Positions 39,968 to 45,228 of a stretch of DNA of 45,228 nt are shown piece by piece. The stretch is from an uncultured Phycisphaeraceae bacterium (GTDB lineage: Bacteria > Planctomycetota > Phycisphaerae > Phycisphaerales > UBA1924). The stretch covers positions 1 to 45,228 of the forward strand of contig CAYWOF010000001.1 of the NCBI GenBank assembly GCA_964459825.1, written 5' to 3'. The notes beneath the pieces are model-generated. The model had not been told where the DNA came from, made no database searches, and was given only the letters and a program-made list of their open reading frames with translations. The position numbers and the translations under genes were made by a program. Numbering within the stretch: the stretch's first letter is position 1; each line of letters opens with the position of its first letter.

Positions 39968-42307
39968 TTAGGAGCAGCTCAGCGCAAACCGCGTCTGGAA
40001 GCAGATGTAATCGTTGACGTTCCGCACGCCGTTCCCGTCGCAGTCCGCGTACGGATCGCCCATGGCGAACTTGGTCTGGAAGCAGATGTAGTCGTTGACG
40101 TTCAGCGTGCCGCCGCCGTCGCAGTCGGCGTAGCACGGGTTCCCGAGCACGAAGTCGGGCATGAGCGTCACCGGGCGCGTGCCATCATCGGCCACGATCC
40201 GGAGCCGGTCGGTCCCGCCCGCGTGCCCGAGCGTGACGGGGATCTCGAACACGCCGCCGCCCAGCGATGCCGGCGTGCCGAACGTCGCCTTGCCCGCGCT
40301 CCCCGGGCCGTGTCCGACCGTTAGCGACACGATCGGGGCCGTGGCCGCCATCCCGCGCCAGTCGCGCAGCTCCACCCGCAGGGTGCCGGGGGACGGGCGG
40401 GTCGCCAGCGACTGGATGGCGTCGGGCCGGTTCTCCAGCGCCGTGCGCCACGGCCCGTACAACGCCTGGAGCTGCGCCACCGGGTCCGGCGCGGGCGCCT
40501 GCTGGTTGGCCACGTTGAACCCCATGAAGTAGTCGCCCTGGCCCGTGCCCAAGCCGTTCGTGAAGGTCCCGTCGCCGAGGTTCTCGACCACGAACACGCT
40601 CGCCCCGGCGCTGGCCAGCGCCGCATCCAGGTCCCCGTCTCCGTTGTAGTCCGCCAGCGCCATGCTGGTGATGCCCGAGGCGACCGTGTACACGCCGGGT
40701 TGCAGCTCGAACTGCCCGCTCCCCACACCCTTCATGACCGCCAGGCGCCCCGCCGTCAGCCCCAGCAGCAGGTCGTCGGCTCCGTCGCCCGTCAGGTCCC
40801 CGAGCGCCATGTCGTTCACCGCGGCCGGGACCTGCGTGGCCACGGGGATGGCGAACGTCCCGTTGCCGGAGTTCATGTAGATCGCCACGGCCGCGGGCGC
40901 GCCCTGCCCGCCCACGATCAGATCGGGCCCGTTCAGCCCATCCAGGTCCGCGGCGAGCACCTTCGTGGGCAGCCCCACCGTGAAGATGTCCGGGGCCGGG
41001 GTGAAGGTCCCGTTCCCGGCGCCGAGGTGGACCACGAGCTTCCCGTTGGACCGGGCCGCCGCGATGATGTCCGTGTGCCCGTCCCCATTGACGTCGCCGA
41101 CGGCGACCGATCGCGGGTCGCTCCCGCCGGTCAGGAGCGGGCCCGGCGTCAGGCCCCCGGCGCCGTTGGAGAGCAGCACCGAGAGGGTGTTGCCGGTCTG
41201 GTTGGCCGTCACGATGTCGGCGGCGTGCTGGTGGTCGAAGTTCCCCACCGCCAGCGCAATCGGCGAGGGGCCGGTCGCGTAGCTGGTCGCCCCGCCGAAC
41301 TGCCCCGGGCCCGTCCCCGGGAGCACGGAGACCGAGTTGCCCCCGTAGTTGGCGGTGACCACGTCCGCCACCCCATCCCCGGTCAGGTCCGCCAGCGCGA
41401 CGCCCCGCGCGCCGGTGCCCCCGGCGAAGTGCGTGGGCAGGGCGAACGTCCCGAAGCCCGCCCCCGCCGGGGCGTTGTTGCTCAGGATGGAGACGTTGTT
41501 GCTGGCCGAGTTGGCCGTCAGCAGGTCGATCCGCCCGTCATTGTTGAAGTCGGCCGCGACCAGCGCATAGGGCGCCGACCCGGCGCGGTACGCCCCGTGC
41601 GTTCCATCCCGGTCCCCCGTCCGGGTGATGAGCATGTACGCGATGTGCGCCGACTTGGTGAAGCTCGCCGGCGGGCACCCGCACCCCGTGGGGTTTCCGG
41701 GGCAGGAGCAGCGCCCGTCCCCCCCGGTCACCCGCGCCGCCTCCATCGAGGCCATCAGCTTCGCCGCCAGGTCGCCGGGCGTGTTGATGGCGGCTTGCAC
41801 GGCCGCATCCACCACGCACGCCCCGGTCAGGATGTTCCCCTGGATCGCGTAGGCGATCGTCCCCGGCTCTCCGTGCGGACCGGTGTAGGCGAACGAGCCG
41901 GTCTGTCCGCCGGCCCAGGCGTTGGCCCCGGTTCCCGAGAACGTCGCGGTCCGGCCCTGCGTGTCCGCGATGCCGTACTGCCGGGTCTGGTGCCCGGTGT
42001 CGAACGTCGCCAGCCCGGTGATGATGTCCGCGGGCGCGACGCCCAGGGCAAGCCGGTCGCGGATGAACGTCCGGTTCTGCTGCGTGCTGTCCACGAACGA
42101 CTGGGCCGTCGCCGCCCCGATCCCGGTGAGCATCACCGGCGTGTTGGCCCGCAGGTCGAACCCGGTCAGGCAGGTGGCGCTTCCCGCGGCGATCTCGCCC
42201 GTCCGCGTGTCGATCAGGATGATGGACCACGTGGCCCGGGCGGAGGGAGCCCCCGCCGCCGCCGCCGCCGCCAGAGCCGCCGCCGCAACCACACGCCGCT
42301 GTGCCAT
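39968..42307 (-). CDS. Secreted DUF1028 (Ntn-hydrolase-like) domain + FG-GAP/VCBS repeats + Cys-rich dockerin-like module
   Basis: Internal ATG 42307 of track ORF 39968..42610, after ggagg, 779 aa. Signal peptide MAQRRVVAAAALAAAAAAGAPSARA, then TWSIILIDTRTGEIAAGSATC (DUF1028-type N-terminus). FG-GAP-like repeats: ADFNNDGRIDLLTAN, ADLTGDGVADVVTAN, GDVNGDGHTDIIAA, ADYNGDGDLDAALA. Tail: CYADCDGGGTLNVNDYICFQTKFAMGDPYADCDGNGVRNVNDYICFQTRFALSCS. Confidence 0.85.
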   Translation of the reverse strand: MAQRRVVAAAALAAAAAAGAPSARATWSIILIDTRTGEIAAGSATCLTGFDLRANTPVMLTGIGAATAQSFVDSTQQNRTFIRDRLALGVAPADIITGLATFDTGHQTRQYGIADTQGRTATFSGTGANAWAGGQTGSFAYTGPHGEPGTIAYAIQGNILTGACVVDAAVQAAINTPGDLAAKLMASMEAARVTGGDGRCSCPGNPTGCGCPPASFTKSAHIAYMLITRTGDRDGTHGAYRAGSAPYALVAADFNNDGRIDLLTANSASNNVSILSNNAPAGAGFGTFALPTHFAGGTGARGVALADLTGDGVADVVTANYGGNSVSVLPGTGPGQFGGATSYATGPSPIALAVGNFDHQHAADIVTANQTGNTLSVLLSNGAGGLTPGPLLTGGSDPRSVAVGDVNGDGHTDIIAAARSNGKLVVHLGAGNGTFTPAPDIFTVGLPTKVLAADLDGLNGPDLIVGGQGAPAAVAIYMNSGNGTFAIPVATQVPAAVNDMALGDLTGDGADDLLLGLTAGRLAVMKGVGSGQFELQPGVYTVASGITSMALADYNGDGDLDAALASAGASVFVVENLGDGTFTNGLGTGQGDYFMGFNVANQQAPAPDPVAQLQALYGPWRTALENRPDAIQSLATRPSPGTLRVELRDWRGMAATAPIVSLTVGHGPGSAGKATFGTPASLGGGVFEIPVTLGHAGGTDRLRIVADDGTRPVTLMPDFVLGNPCYADCDGGGTLNVNDYICFQTKFAMGDPYADCDGNGVRNVNDYICFQTRFALSCS
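39971..40135 (-). other. Six-cysteine twin EF-hand dockerin-like module, copy 4
   Basis: CYADCDGGGTLNVNDYICFQTKFAMGDPYADCDGNGVRNVNDYICFQTRFALSCS. Confidence 0.85.
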
Positions 42308-42644
42308 GGTGACCTCCACGGTTCCTGCATCGGTCCGATGGGGCCGGAACACCCGCGATGGGCCCCAGCCTACCGGCCGGGGGCCCGTCTGCAAAGGCCA
42401 ATGTCGTCGGGGGCCGACCTCATTTCCATCGCACGGCGACACTTGCCGGAAAGGCAATCGGTCTTCGGATGGGTCCCCGAGGCCCCGGCGAGCCTCGCTC
42501 CTCAACGCGTTCGGAAGGAGCGCCGTGAGCGGGGCGGGTGTCCCTGTCGCATCCGTGTGCGTGGCGCGTTCGTCGCGCGCGGCCGACGGCTCTTGGCCAG
42601 GGCCCGGCACCCCGTCGTCCCGACCGTCCCTCCCCGGGCGGAGA

Positions 42645-45228
42645 TCAGAGCGGGACGATGACCAGCCGGGCTCCCGTCGCCGTGTTCACCACGTTGCCCG
42701 CCCGTCCCGTGAGGCCCGTCACGTCAGTGGTGGCGAACTGCCCGGTGCGGCTTGCGGCGGTGAGGAAGTTGAACACCGTCCCGATCGCCGGGTTGAACCC
42801 ACCCAGGAACTGGAAGGCGATCCCGCCCCCGAGCGTCGCCGCGCCCGTCACGGTGATGCGGCTGAACAGCGACGCCGCGACCCCCTGGACATCGAGGTTC
42901 AGCGTTCCACCCGCCGCCTGCACGAAGGCGCCGGTGACCTTGAACCCGCGGCTGCGCGCCAAATCGATCGTGCCGGCGTTGGTGAAGATGCCGCCGTTGG
43001 GCGTGACCTCGAAGGTGCCCCCGAGCGTCAGGCTGATCGTCCCGTTGTTCCTCGACAGGCCGGCGATCGCGCCGAACGAGGCGTTCCCGCCGACCAGGTT
43101 CACCCTCGCCGCGGCCCCGAGCGTGCGGATGACCGACGTGCCCAGGGTCAGCGTGCCGCTGGGCAGGACCTGCCACGTGCCCGCGCCCAACGTGGTGACG
43201 GAGACCTGCGTGACCGGTCCGTTGAGGTTGAGCGTGCCGTTGCGGACGTCGACCGTGCCCGTGTTGTTAAGCCGGACCCCGCCCAGCGCCGAGTCGAGCG
43301 TGACCGTGCTCCCCCCCATCTTGCGCAGGATCCCCGCGTTGTTGATCACGTTGACCCCGCCCGAGACGGCGAGCGTCGCCTCCGGGAGCAGCACGAAGAC
43401 GCGCCCCGGGTTGTTGTTGATCGTCATGCCGACCAGCGCGAGCGATCCGTTGAGGTAGTGCAGCACCCCGTTGTTGGTGATGGTCCGCGAGAGGGTGTGG
43501 CTCCCGGTCGTGCTGATCGCCAGCTTGCCGGTCGGCCCCACCACGGTCGCCCCCGAGCCGGTCATGGTCCCGGACAGCCAGAAGAACGGGCCGCTCGTGG
43601 TGAGCGCGCCGGACCCGGTCAGGGTGCCCGACACGAGCTTGAGGAAGGTGTTGGCCGTCCAGGCGCCCGAGATCGTCTGGATGCCGCCGTCGAGGTTCAC
43701 GCTCCCCGATCCGGCGAGCGTGGAGCCGGCCCCATGCGTGTAGTCGGCCCGGTAGTTGAGCGTGGTCCCGGCCAGCACGTTGCGGGCGCCGGTGTTGGTC
43801 CCGCCGCCGTCGATGTTGAGGATCCCCTCCACCAGGTTCAGCGCGCCCGTGTTGTTGAACGTCATCTGGAGCGTGACGGTCTGCGCCGATTCCTTGTGGA
43901 AGATCCCCGCGTTCTGGATGGTGTTGCTGCCGCCCGAGGCCACCATCTGGGCCGTGCCCGTCAGGTTGTACCGGCGTCCCACCGGGTTGGTCAGCGTGCC
44001 GCCTCCCAGGAACTGCAGGGCGCCGGCGCTGTGGTTGATGGTGCCGTTGTTGACCAGGGTCCGGCCGAGGCCCTTGGTGCTGGTCGTCGCCATCGTGAGA
44101 ACCACGCCGCCCCCGATGGTCGTGGTGCCCGTGCCCGTCATCGAGCCCGAGTTCCAGTCCACGATCTGGTTGAGGCGGAGGTGGCCGGCGCCCGTGACGA
44201 TCGTGTTGTCGATCGACGTGAGCGTCGCGATCGTCAGCGTGCCCGTGAGGGTGTGCGTTCCCCCCTGGAAGCGCGTGGTGCCGTTTCCGGAGATCGTGCC
44301 GGTCGCGTGCGCGAACGAGCCGCCCGCCAGGTCGAGGAAGGTGGTCGGCGCCAGCGTGGTCGTCCCGCCCAGGGCGCCGCCGGCGGACAGGCTGAGGATC
44401 CCTCCATCCACCGTCAGGGTGTCGGTGTTGACGAATCCGACGGCAGTCGAGCTGAAGTAGAAGCCGAGCGTTCCGGCGCCCTGCTTGGTGAAGGTGCCGT
44501 TGTTGGTGAAGACGTTGGTGCCGCTGATGCCGTAGGCCTGGAGGTCCGCCCCGCTGCTGACGGTGAAGGTGCCGTCGTTCTGGACCGTCCCGCCGCTGAA
44601 GTAGAACGCCCCGGCCGTCCAGGTGGCGGCGCCGTCGTTCTCGAGGGTGCGCGACAGGGTGTGGGTGGTCGTGGTCAGCGCCAGCGTCCCGGCCGCATCG
44701 ATGGTGGTCGTCCCCGACCCCGACATCGTCCCGCCCGACCACGTCATCGCCCCCGTCACCGTGAGGTCCGCCGATCCGCTCAGCGTCCCCGCGCTGAGGG
44801 TCACGGCGGCCCCGTTCGCGAACGTGGTGGCCGCCTCGAAGTTCACCGTTCCCCCGCTGACCGTCAGCGCGTTGCCGCCGGTGAACGTGCCGTTGAACGT
44901 CGCGGTCCCGCCCGAGAACGTCGCCCCCTCGCCGATGCTCACGGTCCCCGCGTCCGTGAGCGTCCCCCCCGCCACCTGCAGCGAGCCGCCCCCCGTGATG
45001 GTGGTCGCCGCCGAGAGCGTCTGGGTCCCGCCGCTCGAGCCGAACCGGAGCAGCGCCCCGGCGCTGATCGTGAAGCCGCCGGTGTGGGTTCCGCCCGAGT
45101 CCAGGCCCAGGGTCCCGCCCTGCACGTCCACCGTCCCGGTGCTGTTGAACGCCACGGCGGTGGAGCTGACCAGGAAGCCGAGCGTTCCGGCGCCCTGCTT
45201 GGTGAAGGTGCCGTTGTTGGTGAAGACG
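42645..45228 (-). CDS. Giant beta-helix repeat protein (autotransporter-associated beta-strand-repeat-like), C-terminal part; the 5' end lies beyond the right edge
   Basis: Track ORF 42645..45155. The frame stays open to nt 45228, where the minus strand translates to VFTNNGTFTKQGAGTLGFLVSSTAVAFN. It is built of G/T/S/N-rich repeats (GGTLTLSG-type) and ends ...GNVVNTATGARLVIVPL with no dockerin-like tail. Confidence 0.85.
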   Translation of the reverse strand, partial: VFTNNGTFTKQGAGTLGFLVSSTAVAFNSTGTVDVQGGTLGLDSGGTHTGGFTISAGALLRFGSSGGTQTLSAATTITGGGSLQVAGGTLTDAGTVSIGEGATFSGGTATFNGTFTGGNALTVSGGTVNFEAATTFANGAAVTLSAGTLSGSADLTVTGAMTWSGGTMSGSGTTTIDAAGTLALTTTTHTLSRTLENDGAATWTAGAFYFSGGTVQNDGTFTVSSGADLQAYGISGTNVFTNNGTFTKQGAGTLGFYFSSTAVGFVNTDTLTVDGGILSLSAGGALGGTTTLAPTTFLDLAGGSFAHATGTISGNGTTRFQGGTHTLTGTLTIATLTSIDNTIVTGAGHLRLNQIVDWNSGSMTGTGTTTIGGGVVLTMATTSTKGLGRTLVNNGTINHSAGALQFLGGGTLTNPVGRRYNLTGTAQMVASGGSNTIQNAGIFHKESAQTVTLQMTFNNTGALNLVEGILNIDGGGTNTGARNVLAGTTLNYRADYTHGAGSTLAGSGSVNLDGGIQTISGAWTANTFLKLVSGTLTGSGALTTSGPFFWLSGTMTGSGATVVGPTGKLAISTTGSHTLSRTITNNGVLHYLNGSLALVGMTINNNPGRVFVLLPEATLAVSGGVNVINNAGILRKMGGSTVTLDSALGGVRLNNTGTVDVRNGTLNLNGPVTQVSVTTLGAGTWQVLPSGTLTLGTSVIRTLGAAARVNLVGGNASFGAIAGLSRNNGTISLTLGGTFEVTPNGGIFTNAGTIDLARSRGFKVTGAFVQAAGGTLNLDVQGVAASLFSRITVTGAATLGGGIAFQFLGGFNPAIGTVFNFLTAASRTGQFATTDVTGLTGRAGNVVNTATGARLVIVPL
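44460..44514. repeat. 55-nt exact internal direct repeat, copy 1 (period 714 nt)
   Basis: gaagccgagcgttccggcgccctgcttggtgaaggtgccgttgttggtgaagacg is identical to 45174..45228 on hand comparison. Similarity continues upstream with mismatches. Confidence 0.9.
45174..45228. repeat. 55-nt exact internal direct repeat, copy 2 (truncated by the window end)
   Basis: Identical to 44460..44514. The offset of 714 nt equals 238 codons, so the repeat is in frame. Confidence 0.9.

Noticed and set aside
40700-42661. 653-aa plus-strand ORF
   Set aside because: It is antisense to the DUF1028/FG-GAP gene and has no motifs.
1-45228. Search for tRNA, rRNA, CRISPR arrays, IS elements, integrases and phage genes
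   Set aside because: No T-loop/acceptor-type patterns (GGTTCGAATCC-like) were seen in intergenic DNA. There were no regularly spaced short repeats, no transposase, integrase or reverse-transcriptase motifs, and no terminal inverted repeats. The only repeats found are protein-coding, namely the dockerin modules and the beta-helix modules.

Overview
This is a high-GC bacterial chromosomal segment. Hand counts on sample 60-nt lines give about 73% GC. No homology search was run, so every call rests on motif recognition, ORF structure, start/RBS context and GC3 bias.

Likely origin: Planctomycetota, possibly Phycisphaerae-like. This is inferred from a DUF1559-type pseudopilin, PEP-CTERM tails, an LEPRxLL N-terminal motif, giant beta-helix proteins and Cys-rich dockerin-like tails.

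Gene content: single housekeeping genes are interleaved with an unusually dense set of secreted or surface proteins.
- Housekeeping: dnaE (partial), a class IV aminotransferase, a deoxyhypusine-synthase-like gene, recO, a hotdog-ACP-hotdog trio, fused aroD/aroE, and gatC-GNAT-gatA.
- Surface/secreted: two PEP-CTERM paralogs, HAF-repeat proteins, beta-propeller proteins, an RCC1 protein, a DUF1028/FG-GAP fusion and two giant beta-helix proteins.

No rRNA, tRNA, CRISPR array, transposase or integrase was recognised. Most long ORFs in the six-frame track are high-GC shadow frames and were rejected.

Most interesting observations:
1. A roughly 55-aa twin EF-hand dockerin-like C-terminal module ends six otherwise unrelated secreted proteins. 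Four are six-cysteine copies (CY[PA]DCDG...ICFQT.FA.GDPYADCD..G.R.V.D[YF][IV]CFQT.FA..C) and two are Cys-free or degenerate copies. No cohesin-like partner is visible.
2. Three membrane proteins carry a CxxCxYxLRG...CPECG zinc ribbon. Two of them are tandem paralogs translationally coupled to the deoxyhypusine-synthase-like gene.
3. The same HAF-repeat passenger type carries either a PEP-CTERM tail or the dockerin-like tail.
4. A small gene is interrupted by an in-frame TAG.
5. A 700-bp non-coding gap contains an orphan intrinsic terminator and a T11 tract upstream of a surface-protein gene.
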